A stretch of DNA of 64,000 nucleotides. It comes from Candidatus Sumerlaeaceae bacterium (GTDB lineage: Bacteria; Sumerlaeota; Sumerlaeia; Sumerlaeales; Sumerlaeaceae). The notes beneath the pieces are model-generated. The model was not told the origin of the DNA. It was given only the letters and a program-made list of their open reading frames with translations, and did not search any database. Below, piece by piece: positions 46,889-56,832 of the stretch. Each line of letters starts with the position of its first letter. The first letter of the stretch is position 1. The stretch spans positions 3,850 through 67,849 of the forward strand of contig JBPCLP010000034.1 of NCBI GenBank assembly GCA_051003195.1, read 5' to 3'. The position numbers were made by a program, and so were the translations under genes.

Positions 46889-47673
46889 CAATGGCCCCCT
46901 GGTGCAGATTGACACGCTGCACATCGTATTAGTTGCGATCCTTGAGGATCCGTTAGCGGCGAGTCAAGTTCCCGCTGCCACTCCTAAGCATACGAAAAAT
47001 CTAGGGATATTGAAGATTGCGATACGGTTCTGGGGATGGTTCCGTGGACGGCTCGCGATTTCAGTTCTGGTCAAGCTATTGCCGAACTGGCTCGAGAATT
47101 CGGTCCATAGAATTCGAAGATTGCGCGACGAGTGACGGGGTTCTGAAGTGTGGTTTTAAGCTTGGGGGCTCGGCTGCTGGTTGTCGTCAGGAAAAGTGAA
47201 AACAAGCTTTTGCATTCTAAAGATTGCTGCGCAATCGGGTGGGTTGGTGGTGGACGGGTGTAGGGCTGGTGGATGTGGGCGGGAAGGTCGGCCATTCGGT
47301 AGAGTTAAATTCGGGGACGTCCCCGGTTAGTCCCCCTCCCTTCCTTTTCCTGGTCAGCGATTCGGCTTGCGTCGGAACGCCGCTTCCTTATTTTAGCACG
47401 CCCATGAACTTTAGTCAGCACTCCCGTAATGGTATTGCGCTAAGATCGAGCGACGCAACGGGCATGCTGCTTCGGAACCCGATGGGCATAGCCGTACGCA
47501 ACCATTTGGAACATGCCGCGAAGGTCCAGCAGACCAGTTGCGAACTTCTCGTGCTCAAAGGCGTATAATGGGAACTTCACGCCACAAGACTGTCCTGAAG
47601 GCTCAAGTGGCGCACCTCGGATTCATAAAGGTCCAGCGACTGCTGAACCAAGCTGCAGGGAGGAACCCCAGAG

Positions 47674-50600
47674 GTGACCAATGATACCCAGGAGCTTCCG
47701 GATGCTTTGGCTACCATGCAGGCGACCATCGAGTGTGCCAGGGATGGCATCCTCGTGGTGGACAGCAACCAGAGGATAGCGTGCTGGAACAGTCAATTTG
47801 TTCAGATGTGGCGATTGCCAGTGGAACTTGTACAGAAAGAGCACAATGCAGATCTGCTACAGTACGCCGTTCAGCAGTTGTGTCGACCAGATGAGTATCT
47901 GGCTCAAACGCAGGAGATTTATAATTCGTGTCCCAGTGAGAGCTTTGACCTGGTAGAGTTCAAAGACGGCCGGATCTACGAACGTGTGTCGAAAATGCAG
48001 ATGGTCAAAGGTAAGTACGGCGGCCGCGTGTGGAGTTACCGTGATGTAACCGAGCGGCGCATTGCCGAAGAAGCCCTGCAAAAAAGCGAGCGATATAATC
48101 TCAGTATTATGGAAAGCAGCAGAGACTGCATCAAGGTTATCAGTCTCCAGGGTGATCTGCTGTGGATGAGTAACAGTGGTCGGCGTAAACTTTGCATTGA
48201 AGACCCACATGAAGTGCTGGGGAAATCCTGGATAGGCTTTTGGTCAGCCCGTGACCAACCGATGGTACGCCAGGCGGTGAAGGATGCGGCAGCCGGCGGG
48301 GTTGGAACTTTTACCGCCGTATTTCCTGTGCAAGGCGTCGAAAGAATCTGGGACATCGTAATTACTCCAATTCTCGACTCCAGCGGCCAACCTTACCAGT
48401 TACTCGCCGTTTCACGCGATGTGACAGAAGAAAACAAAACCGTGCAAGCCCTTGAACAGAGTGAAGCGCTGCTGCGTACCGTGACAAATGAGGCGGGTGT
48501 AGGGCTTGTCGTGCTTGATAGTTCCCGACGTTATCTGTTTGTCAACGCAGCCTATGCGGAAATCCTCCGGCTACCCACTCCTGACATAATAGGCCGTCGC
48601 GTGGAGGATGTGCTCGGCGATCTATACGAGCAGGTCCGTCCTCATCTCGATTGTGCATTTTCCGGTGTGCCAGTTCATTACGAGCTCCAGGTTCCGGCGC
48701 CTACACCCAAGGAAACCAGTCGCTTCTACGAGGTTACTTACGATCCTCGAAAGGGTGAAGACGGTACGCCCCACATCCTTGTTCTCCTGGTGGATGTTAC
48801 AACCCGCAAACAGGCCGAACAAGCCTTGCAGCGCCGTGAACAGGAGCTGCAGGCACTGGCGGACTCGATTCCGCAGCTCGCGTGGATGGCCGAACCTGAT
48901 GGACACATCTTCTGGTATAATCATGGTTGGTACGAATATACCGGGACGACACTAGAGCAGATGGAAGGTTGGGGCTGGCAGTCAGTCCACGATCCAGAAA
49001 TTCTTCCAAAAGTACTTTTGCAGTGGAAGGCCTCGATCGCCACAGGCCACCGGTTTGAGATGGAGTTCCCGTTGCGCGGATCGGACGGCACCTTCCGCTG
49101 GTTTCTCACGCGCGTAAACCCATTACGCGACGAGGCTGGTAGAATTGTCAGATGGTTTGGGACGAACACTGATATTGATCAGGTAAAGAAAGTCCGGGAG
49201 GCGCTGAGCGAAGAACGCCGTGTCCTCGAAGTGCTGAATAATACCGGCGCCATCATAGCGTCTCAACTGCAACTCGACGAACTGGTGCAGGCCGTGACAG
49301 ATGCGGGTACGCAGTTGAGCGGGGCCAGGTTCGGCGCTTTCTTTTACAATGTGATTAACGACGCCGGTGAATCGTTACTGCTATACTCTTTAGCGGGAGC
49401 CCCGCGTAGCGCCTTTGACAAATTCGGTCTGCCGAGAAACACTCCTGTTTTCAACGCCACATTTCGGGGGCAAGGAGTTGTTCGATCGGCAGACATCACG
49501 AAGGACTCACGCTATGGCACAATGGCTCCGCATCACGGCATGCCAAAGGGCCACCTGCCTGTGCGTAGCTACCTGGCAGCCCCGGTTATCTCGCGTTCAG
49601 GTGAAGTGATTGGCGGCTTGTTCTTTGGCCACCCTGACGCAGAAGTCTTTACCGAACGTGCCGAACGCCTGATCATCGGCATAGCAGCCCAAGCAGCCGT
49701 GGCAATCGACAATGCGCGACTCTACGACGCGGCACAGCGGGAAATTGAGAAGCGCGAAAAGGCAGAGCACGCACTACGGGAGAGTGAGGAGCGCCTGCGA
49801 GCTGCGATTTCTGCCACCGGAAGCGGCACCTTCCGGTGGAACATCCCCGAGGCAACGCTGGAGGGTGACGAAACACTTTACCGGCTCTTTGGTTTGCCTG
49901 CAAATCATGGTGCGGTGGATCTTGATGTGCTCATGAATCGTGTGCATGCAGAAGACCGGCACCAAATGGCGGCGACAGTGGCGAGGTGCGTCAACGATGC
50001 CGCAGATATCAATATTGAGTTTCGAGTGGTGTGGCCGGATGGTTCGGTTCACTGGCTGTCTGAAATGGGCCGGATGTACACTGGGCCAGAAGGGCAGCCC
50101 AGCCATATGATCGGTGCCGCCATGGAGGTGACTGCACAGAAAACGTTGAATGCAGAATTTGAGGCGGCTCGCGATGCAGCCCTGGAGGCGAGCCGTGCAA
50201 AAAGCACATTCCTTGCCAACATGAGCCATGAGTTCCGCACTCCGCTGAACGCGATTATAGGGTATGCGGAACTGATGCACGAGCAAAGCGACGCTCTCGG
50301 GGACGAGCTGCGCGCCGACATTGCCAAAATACTTAACGCCGGACAGCACCTGCTGTCTCTTATCAGCGACATTCTTGACCTGTCAAAGATCGAAGCTGGC
50401 AAAATGCAGGTGGTCATCAGTACATTTGATGTCGCGAGCGTCGTCAACGAGTTGGCTGCTACCGTGTATCCACTTCTTTCCAAAAGGAGCAACCGGATTG
50501 TAGTACAAATTGCTGAAAATATCGGCACGATGGCAAGCGACGAGACCAAGCTGCGACAAATTCTTTTTAATCTGTTGAGCAACGCTGCAAAGTTCACCGA

Positions 50601-50889
50601 GATGGGGCAGGTTACCTTGACTGTTCACCGCCTGAGTCAGGCCGGAACGGATGTGATCAGTTTCCGAGTGGAGGACACTGGCATTGGGATGACTCCCGAG
50701 GAAATAAAACTCCTGTTCCGCGACTTTTCGCAGCTCGATTCTTCCAGCACACGGCGCCATGGCGGAACTGGTCTCGGCTTATCCATCAGCAAGCGATTCA
50801 GCAAAATGCTCAGTGGAGACATCACCGTGCAAAGTGAAAAGAACCAGGGCTCAGTCTTCACTCTCACAGTTCCCGCACAGTTGCTTTAA
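47674..50889 (+). CDS. Multi-PAS/GAF sensor histidine kinase
   Basis: Several PAS/PAC domains (IWDIVITP, WFLTRVNP), GAF, AKSTFLANMSHEFRTPLNAIIG, NLLSNAAKFT, GGTGLGLSIS. Confidence 0.93.
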   Translation: MTNDTQELPDALATMQATIECARDGILVVDSNQRIACWNSQFVQMWRLPVELVQKEHNADLLQYAVQQLCRPDEYLAQTQEIYNSCPSESFDLVEFKDGRIYERVSKMQMVKGKYGGRVWSYRDVTERRIAEEALQKSERYNLSIMESSRDCIKVISLQGDLLWMSNSGRRKLCIEDPHEVLGKSWIGFWSARDQPMVRQAVKDAAAGGVGTFTAVFPVQGVERIWDIVITPILDSSGQPYQLLAVSRDVTEENKTVQALEQSEALLRTVTNEAGVGLVVLDSSRRYLFVNAAYAEILRLPTPDIIGRRVEDVLGDLYEQVRPHLDCAFSGVPVHYELQVPAPTPKETSRFYEVTYDPRKGEDGTPHILVLLVDVTTRKQAEQALQRREQELQALADSIPQLAWMAEPDGHIFWYNHGWYEYTGTTLEQMEGWGWQSVHDPEILPKVLLQWKASIATGHRFEMEFPLRGSDGTFRWFLTRVNPLRDEAGRIVRWFGTNTDIDQVKKVREALSEERRVLEVLNNTGAIIASQLQLDELVQAVTDAGTQLSGARFGAFFYNVINDAGESLLLYSLAGAPRSAFDKFGLPRNTPVFNATFRGQGVVRSADITKDSRYGTMAPHHGMPKGHLPVRSYLAAPVISRSGEVIGGLFFGHPDAEVFTERAERLIIGIAAQAAVAIDNARLYDAAQREIEKREKAEHALRESEERLRAAISATGSGTFRWNIPEATLEGDETLYRLFGLPANHGAVDLDVLMNRVHAEDRHQMAATVARCVNDAADINIEFRVVWPDGSVHWLSEMGRMYTGPEGQPSHMIGAAMEVTAQKTLNAEFEAARDAALEASRAKSTFLANMSHEFRTPLNAIIGYAELMHEQSDALGDELRADIAKILNAGQHLLSLISDILDLSKIEAGKMQVVISTFDVASVVNELAATVYPLLSKRSNRIVVQIAENIGTMASDETKLRQILFNLLSNAAKFTEMGQVTLTVHRLSQAGTDVISFRVEDTGIGMTPEEIKLLFRDFSQLDSSSTRRHGGTGLGLSISKRFSKMLSGDITVQSEKNQGSVFTLTVPAQLL

Positions 50890-50909
50890 TCTATTCTCGG
50901 CCACTATTC

Positions 50910-51090
50910 TTAAATGGAAACAGTCATGTGGGAGGCTGGCGCCGGCCACGATTTTTCCCCCGGTGGCATCGAGCTTCAAAGGCACACTTCAGCGGCTGAG
51001 TATCTTCGCCGCGAACATCGAAAACGCCCGCTCTTTGAACTGCTGCCGGAAACTGGTCCAGACGATGCTTCGTGATATTGTCCGCGACAA
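50910..51090 (+). mobile_element. Possible frameshifted IS4-family transposase remnant
   Basis: TVMWEAGAGHDFSP then (shifted) SFKGTLQRLSIF recalls the xTVMxxAAxxHxxxPRxISFKGxLQ segment of IS4-type transposases; recognised from memory only. Confidence 0.35.
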
Positions 51091-51152
51091 AGGGTTAGAT
51101 TTGGGGTCAGCTCCCGATCAGTTTCTTTCCATGGCCGCGGCTGCCCGGCGAC

Positions 51153-51295
51153 TGAACTTCCTCTGAAAATGCGGCCAGTGTATGAGCGGTTTTGAATGGG
51201 GTTTGGTGATGCACTTCAGATTCAAGGGGAGACTTTCCGCTCAAGCTGGTATGGATGCGCCTGGGGTTGTAGAAAGTCTCGATTAGTCGAACACC
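51153..51295 (-). mobile_element. IS3-family remnant: 3' end of OrfB plus right inverted repeat
   Basis: IETFYNPRRIHTSLSGKSPLESE (YN..R.H.SL...SP..FE motif), followed by an end reading TGAACTTCCTCTGAAAATGCGGCCAGTG on the + strand from 51153. Confidence 0.7.
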
Positions 51296-51558
51296 AGTAG
51301 CTCGGCCTGGCGTCGGCTTTGAGCGATTAGTCTGTCGAATAGCTCCGTCTTTAGTTCGCGAATGCTGGTCTGCGGTGCTCATGCTTGCGAGCTGAGAGGG
51401 TTAGCTGAACGCAGGCAACGGATAACCTCTCACTGGGTTCTCGTCACTGGGTTCTGAATCTCGCCGCATGTGTGAAAAGGATTTAAGGTGGACCGGCAAT
51501 ACAGCAGGGCATGCATCCGGCGGTAGATCAGGCGGCTGATAGCCTCACCATGTATTCC

Positions 51559-52038
51559 TCACTTGTAGTCCATCGCTTCAATGGGCTGTGCACCGCCGAG
51601 CCGGGTGTACACTTCGCTTGTCCCTGAATCCACCCACGGCGTATACGAATTCGTTCGAGAGTAGCCGAGGCGACAGAAGTAAATCCTGGAGCCGACCTTC
51701 TCAATCGACGGCCGCCAGATCTTATCCCCGTCCGAGTCTACCCACCTCACCGCTTTTAAGCCGTCAGGTCGGATAATCTCCAGGTAGGTTTCGTAAAAAT
51801 CGCTACTCGGTTGCTGACCAAAGCGGATGGTGTAGGTGTCGAGCTTGTACTCGGCCACCGTTCTTCGGGCGGGCATCAGCCAGTCGAACGGAAAAAAATA
51901 GAGCATGCACCATAATGCAAAAGCCAGCAGGAGCGATCCGGGAAGGATGGCCATCCAGTGCTTGCGCGCCGCACCGTAAGCTAACAGCAGAGCGCCGGCC
52001 AGCAGGAACCCTATATGCAGAAATGCGACGACGAGCAC
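51559..52038 (-). CDS. Hypothetical membrane protein (two N-terminal TM helices)
   Basis: Hydrophobic N-terminal 50 aa and soluble beta-rich remainder. Confidence 0.55.
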   Translation of the reverse strand: MLVVAFLHIGFLLAGALLLAYGAARKHWMAILPGSLLLAFALWCMLYFFPFDWLMPARRTVAEYKLDTYTIRFGQQPSSDFYETYLEIIRPDGLKAVRWVDSDGDKIWRPSIEKVGSRIYFCRLGYSRTNSYTPWVDSGTSEVYTRLGGAQPIEAMDYK

Positions 52039-52154
52039 ACCACTTAGGATGCCGGCGTTAAAAGCTATGTCATTAGGAATTCAAGCGGCGCCCACATCGC
52101 CTATAACTCCTGCTCGTACCCCGCAACGGGTGCGCGACATTAGTCAGGCATTCG

Positions 52155-53981
52155 TTAGTGGATCTGAGGCTGACCAGGCAGTTGGATTGGCGTAAGTATG
52201 ATCCCGCTGGTGGTGGCTTTCTCTGCCAGCGTAATGTAGCCCTTCCAAACATCGTCGGGTGAACTTGCCACTTTAACGCTGACGGTGCGCGCTCGCCCGA
52301 ATGCCTGCTTTCCAAGTCTTGCAATGACATCGAAATGACCCGGGTGAAGTTTTTCACAACGGAAGCGTCCCGTATCATCAGAGAAAACCGGTTGTTGCGA
52401 GTAGATGTTAACTACCGGCATGTTGGGTGTGAGAATTGGCGCATTCGACGTCGTGTGTATTTGAAGCTCCTGACCCACGCTGTCAGCCGATTCCAGCGTC
52501 GAGACTGACAGCTTTGCGCCTGCAACCGGCCGTCCGTCACTGTCGATCACCTGTCCCTCAATACTTGCGCCGTCAGTGGGCATCACGATTTGAAGACCAA
52601 CTGCGGGCGCGGTTGCCGAGGCAGTGGTCTGCACATAATCTGCATTCACGAAGCGCAGGGCGCATCGACGGGATGCGGGTGCTTCGAATCGAAAGGTTCC
52701 ATCGTCGTTACATCTGTGCCACTGCTGCGGCTTGTTTTCCCTGTTTTCCCAACGAACCGCTATATAAACGTGTAGGATGGGTGATCCCTGCTCGTTTGTC
52801 ACACGGCCTGAGATCTCCGCATTGTCAGCTTTTGCAGTGCTATTTGCTGCAACAGGGGCCGCGGCGGCCGTTACGGTTTGTGGTGAGGATTGCGCGAGGA
52901 TGATGGGTGTGGCGGCCAGCGGCGTCGAGGACGCAGGGCTTTCGTGAATGCGGACAGGCGTCTCGCTGCTGATGACGTTTGGCTTCGCTCCGGCAGCTGC
53001 TACGGATGTCACTTGCGCAGGCCGGGAAAGATCTCGCGCGAGCGGGGGAGCAAGAACGCTTTCCGTTTTTGTCGAAGCAGGTGACGCTTTTATCCTGATG
53101 TCTGATTGTATGGTTTGTACTCTTCGACCACTCTCACCAGGTATGGTTACGGCAATTTGGTCCGTTGCAGGTGATCCCGATCCGAACCATATTACAGCTG
53201 CGACGGCTGCTGCTCCTAATCCTAATGCCGGCATGAGCTTTCCTCCTGGTAGTGGGTTTGATAAGACAGAAGTCCGTGGAATAGTGGCTTGCCTGATGAG
53301 CTGCTCGCGCGCCTGAGCAGGCAGCGAGATTGCGGCGCCGATAAGCGCAACAGCGCCGGCGACTCTCTGCTTGCGAGACGCAGGCGGTTTGAGATCGCGC
53401 TCCATATCAGCGGCGGTAAACTCTCGAAGGTTCGCGAGTGCGCGTTGAAGCTGGCGCGACACAGTGGACGGCTGAACGGATAGTTGTCGGGCCACTTCGC
53501 TTAGCGAGAGTCCCTCGCCGAAATGAAGCATCACTACATCGCGCTGGGACGGGGGCAGGGTAGAAATATAAGCGCGCAGGTTGACCGCCGTTTCATTGTC
53601 GGTGGCCTGCTCCATCGGCGTGGGGCGGCGATCCTTCACCTGTGCGAGCAGCTCGGATTCTGTGGTGACAAATTGTACGAGCCGGGAAGCACGGATCTGC
53701 TTTTTGCGCCAGTCGAACGCCAGGTTACGCGCCGTTCGCAAAACCCAGGGAGCAAATAATCGGGAGTTCCGAAGCGAGGCCAGGTTGAGAAACACGCGCA
53801 GAAACACTTCCTGTGTAAGGTCCTCGGCGCTTTCCCGGTCCCACAGAATGCTGTAGCCGACGGCGAACACGCTACCGTAGTAGCGCTCAACCAGGCGTGA
53901 GAATGCGAGCTGGTCGCCATCCCGTGCGGCGTCCGTCCACACCGCGTCGGTGTGCACGAGCTCATCGCTGAGTTCCGTCAT
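52155..53981 (-). CDS. ECF (RpoE-type) sigma factor fused to a TM segment and carboxypeptidase-regulatory-like domains
   Basis: GDQLAFSRLVERY, AEDLTQEVFLRVF, FAPWVLRTARNLAFD; LPPSQRDVVMLHFGEGLSLSEVARQL; TM ALGLGAAAVAAVIWF; ISGRVTNEQGSPI, IEGQVIDSDGRPVAGA. Confidence 0.88.
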   Translation of the reverse strand: MTELSDELVHTDAVWTDAARDGDQLAFSRLVERYYGSVFAVGYSILWDRESAEDLTQEVFLRVFLNLASLRNSRLFAPWVLRTARNLAFDWRKKQIRASRLVQFVTTESELLAQVKDRRPTPMEQATDNETAVNLRAYISTLPPSQRDVVMLHFGEGLSLSEVARQLSVQPSTVSRQLQRALANLREFTAADMERDLKPPASRKQRVAGAVALIGAAISLPAQAREQLIRQATIPRTSVLSNPLPGGKLMPALGLGAAAVAAVIWFGSGSPATDQIAVTIPGESGRRVQTIQSDIRIKASPASTKTESVLAPPLARDLSRPAQVTSVAAAGAKPNVISSETPVRIHESPASSTPLAATPIILAQSSPQTVTAAAAPVAANSTAKADNAEISGRVTNEQGSPILHVYIAVRWENRENKPQQWHRCNDDGTFRFEAPASRRCALRFVNADYVQTTASATAPAVGLQIVMPTDGASIEGQVIDSDGRPVAGAKLSVSTLESADSVGQELQIHTTSNAPILTPNMPVVNIYSQQPVFSDDTGRFRCEKLHPGHFDVIARLGKQAFGRARTVSVKVASSPDDVWKGYITLAEKATTSGIILTPIQLPGQPQIH

Positions 53982-54427
53982 TTACTTTCGACCCTGGTCA
54001 TGCCCATTAATGACGACATCTGCAATTGCGCTTTGCACTCCACACCCGAATTCGTTATGAAAGAGCAGTTGGACGAAGCATCGCGGCCAAAGCGACGGCA
54101 TCGCTAAAGCGAACCTGCTCTTGTTCCGCACCGTACAAATCTATTAGTCATTGTCTATTCTTTCTATAGTTGTCGCTTAATTTCATGTTTATCCTGCGTG
54201 CATACTGCTCCTAGTTCTCAATTCCATCACGCAGCGCGTAATTTCGAAACTTCCGATGTCCGGACGGAGAGGAGGGGCGCTTAAAGACAAGCTACGTCTG
54301 CTTTAAAGTGCGCCAGTAATGCGAAGCGTGCATTCGGGAACCAACGGAAGTCCCAAACACCCCCCAGCCTTCTCGAGCGCGTCAGCCGACCCATTTCTTA
54401 TGGAGTATCAATTTTTAGGAGATCTAA

Positions 54428-55543
54428 ATGAAACGTAAATTGCTCTCAATTGCCGTAAGCTGTACCTTGGTTTTGGTGCTGGCTTGTGCGCCCGGGGCCG
54501 CTCGCGCCCAGACTAACTATCAGCTCAGAGTCATGACCTGGAATATCAAAGGGGCGTGTTGTAATATGTCAGACGTGTTGGGGCGAATGAATAACCTCAG
54601 ATACGGCGGCCATGGCCTGGACGTTATTTGCCTGCAAGAGTGCAGCAAAGACCAGGTAAAATATCTGGTAGGCGAACTTAAGTGGAAGAACTGGCGATTT
54701 GTCGAGGCAAAAAACGGTTGGGGAAACGGGATTATCTGTCGGTATAGATTTATAGCCGCAACGGGAAGAGGAAAGCTTTTGCCTCAAGTTGACGACGGTG
54801 AGATTCGTAATATAAAGGGTGTGAAATTTAACGTCTCACAACGACCCGTGTGGGTATTTAACACACATGTATCTCCTCATGCCGCCCCTGGGGTGACTGG
54901 GACCCGCACTCGTGCCCGTCAAACCGCAAGGGCGCGTGATTTCGCCGGCGGCAATCCAAATTCTACCGGTATCGGGCCTTACGATGCCACTCTAGTTTGC
55001 GGCGACTTTAACGACGTTCGAAATATGGACGTTGACTATTTGGACAGCGCATGGAAACGAATGGACGCAACCTTCGAAGACACTTGGTATCGGCTGCTTC
55101 CCGCGTGGTCGGGCTCCACGGTGCCGACCTGTGTATATGAAAACTATGGCCTGTTCGGCTGCACGAGAGATAGACGTACGGTCAACCGTCGAATTGACTA
55201 CATCTGGCGCAAGCGAAACAGCCTGCTCACTCCAATATCAATTGGCGTAGATAACCAGGCCGACATGATCTCCGATCACTTGCCGGTATTCGCGACCTTC
55301 CGGGTCGAAACATTGGGTTTTGCAAATGCTGAGCAACCCAAGGATGACAAAATCGTCCAGGTAGTATGTGGCCATGATGAGGATGGAGGGGGAGGCGGTT
55401 CAGCACCCGCAAACCCGCCAGACTATGAATATGTACCAAATGATGATCCTTCGTTGTATCCCAACGACGAGATCGTAGTCGGAGACGATGTAATAGATCC
55501 GCCTCCAACCTATGACCCGCCGATGGGAGATGGGGTTTCGTGA
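54428..55543 (+). CDS. Secreted endonuclease/exonuclease/phosphatase (EEP) family protein with acidic Pro-rich tail
   Basis: RVMTWNI, VICLQE, NTHVS, CGDFND, RIDYIW, SDHLPV. Confidence 0.88.
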   Translation: MKRKLLSIAVSCTLVLVLACAPGAARAQTNYQLRVMTWNIKGACCNMSDVLGRMNNLRYGGHGLDVICLQECSKDQVKYLVGELKWKNWRFVEAKNGWGNGIICRYRFIAATGRGKLLPQVDDGEIRNIKGVKFNVSQRPVWVFNTHVSPHAAPGVTGTRTRARQTARARDFAGGNPNSTGIGPYDATLVCGDFNDVRNMDVDYLDSAWKRMDATFEDTWYRLLPAWSGSTVPTCVYENYGLFGCTRDRRTVNRRIDYIWRKRNSLLTPISIGVDNQADMISDHLPVFATFRVETLGFANAEQPKDDKIVQVVCGHDEDGGGGGSAPANPPDYEYVPNDDPSLYPNDEIVVGDDVIDPPPTYDPPMGDGVS

Positions 55544-55715
55544 GGCCGTAGAAGATTCCATAATTCACGGAAAACACGGCCCTGGTTAGTAGTTAGCGAC
55601 TGGGAACTGCCATGGCAATTTCCCGTCGGGCTAAATAACCTCCGGAAAGGGGCGCGGCACCTGCCGCGCCCGTTTTTCCGGGGAGAACGCCGATAATATT
55701 TAAAGGCGGACTGGC

Positions 55716-56624
55716 ATGAAAAAACAAATAGATTCCGCTGTGTTGCTTCCCATAGCGAGTGTGATTTTCGCGCTGCTCGCCATTGCCGGTGTTCACTCCC
55801 TCGCGCACGTGACCGAAAAGGGCAGGGTGAGGTCCCTCGCCAGTAAAACTATCGCGGACGCTAGATCTGAGCATGGTGAAAATAGCATTCCTACCAAAGT
55901 GGCCATGCTGGGTACTTCCGAAAAACCGCAAAACTCTGCGCCATCTGTTCGGCGGGGCAGAAGGGCATTAATTCCTCTCCACGAATTGCGAGGCGATGCA
56001 ACCACGACCTCCTTTTACTCGACTGTCAATTTAGAGGTTGGGCACTATACCCCCCCCGCTGAGCCTGTTAAAGATCCGGCAATTGCTCGTTCTATGATCG
56101 AAGAAGCGGGAGTTGCGAAAGATCATATGATGGAGGTGGGCTTCCTGAGTTCGATCAATCCAATTGCCGTGCTACAGCTCCGGCGAGAAGGTATCGAGCT
56201 ACTCGAGCAGCACTACAACGCCAGCCACCATATTCCCGCCCGCACAGCGGTCCAAGACCTATTAGGCCAAGTGGTTACCGCGGACTCCAAGAGCGCTTTA
56301 ATGCGAATGTACAATGATACGATTGCGACTCCAGAAGAGCGCGTGAACGCGGCTGAAAATTTGCTGCGCCTGCATAATCGAGATCCACGTCTGATAACAG
56401 CCGCGGAAGTGCGCGAAATAAGTGAGCAATTGAAGCTCCACTACCAAGCTGGCCTTGCGAATGAATTCCGCGCACATGCGGTCCTCGCTCTTAAGCTTGC
56501 CGGTAAAGAAAACTTGTCATTTTTTGAGCAGGCGCTTACGACGGAGCAGGATCAGGGTCTTAGAGATTTGCTCCAGCACATTGTAAGCGAGCTCTCCGGA
56601 AATCGACTGGCATCTCCCGGATAG
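55716..56624 (+). CDS. Hypothetical membrane-anchored helical (HEAT-like) protein
   Basis: N-terminal TM AVLLPIASVIFALLAIAGV; ERVNAAENLL, RAHAVLAL repeats. Confidence 0.6.
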   Translation: MKKQIDSAVLLPIASVIFALLAIAGVHSLAHVTEKGRVRSLASKTIADARSEHGENSIPTKVAMLGTSEKPQNSAPSVRRGRRALIPLHELRGDATTTSFYSTVNLEVGHYTPPAEPVKDPAIARSMIEEAGVAKDHMMEVGFLSSINPIAVLQLRREGIELLEQHYNASHHIPARTAVQDLLGQVVTADSKSALMRMYNDTIATPEERVNAAENLLRLHNRDPRLITAAEVREISEQLKLHYQAGLANEFRAHAVLALKLAGKENLSFFEQALTTEQDQGLRDLLQHIVSELSGNRLASPG

Positions 56625-56733
56625 GCAAAGGTTTTGAAGAGCGTTAAAAACGGGGATATCCATGATAAGGAGCATGGGTTTGGAGAAAGGGCGATGATGA
56701 ACGTTATGTCTGGGACTGACGTGTGAGGTTGCG

Positions 56734-56816
56734 GCGCTCCTACAGGACGCAAGTGAGTGAGGTCCCACAATCCTGGGGCTTCACCCCAAGCTTTGTTGCG
56801 TCGCCGCGTTGCGGCG
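56734..56816. repeat. Three-hairpin REP-like element between convergent genes
   Basis: Imperfect GCGCTCCTACAGGACGC, CCTGGGG-CTTCA-CCCCAAG and CGCCGC-GTT-GCGGCG; same architecture as the cassette at 44038-44122. Confidence 0.55.
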
Positions 56817-56832
56817 GAACAAGGAATTTTCA

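Noticed and set aside
47071-47670. Small ORFs in the gap before the large kinase
   Set aside because: Low-complexity or repeat-derived, no RBS or motif; treated as intergenic.
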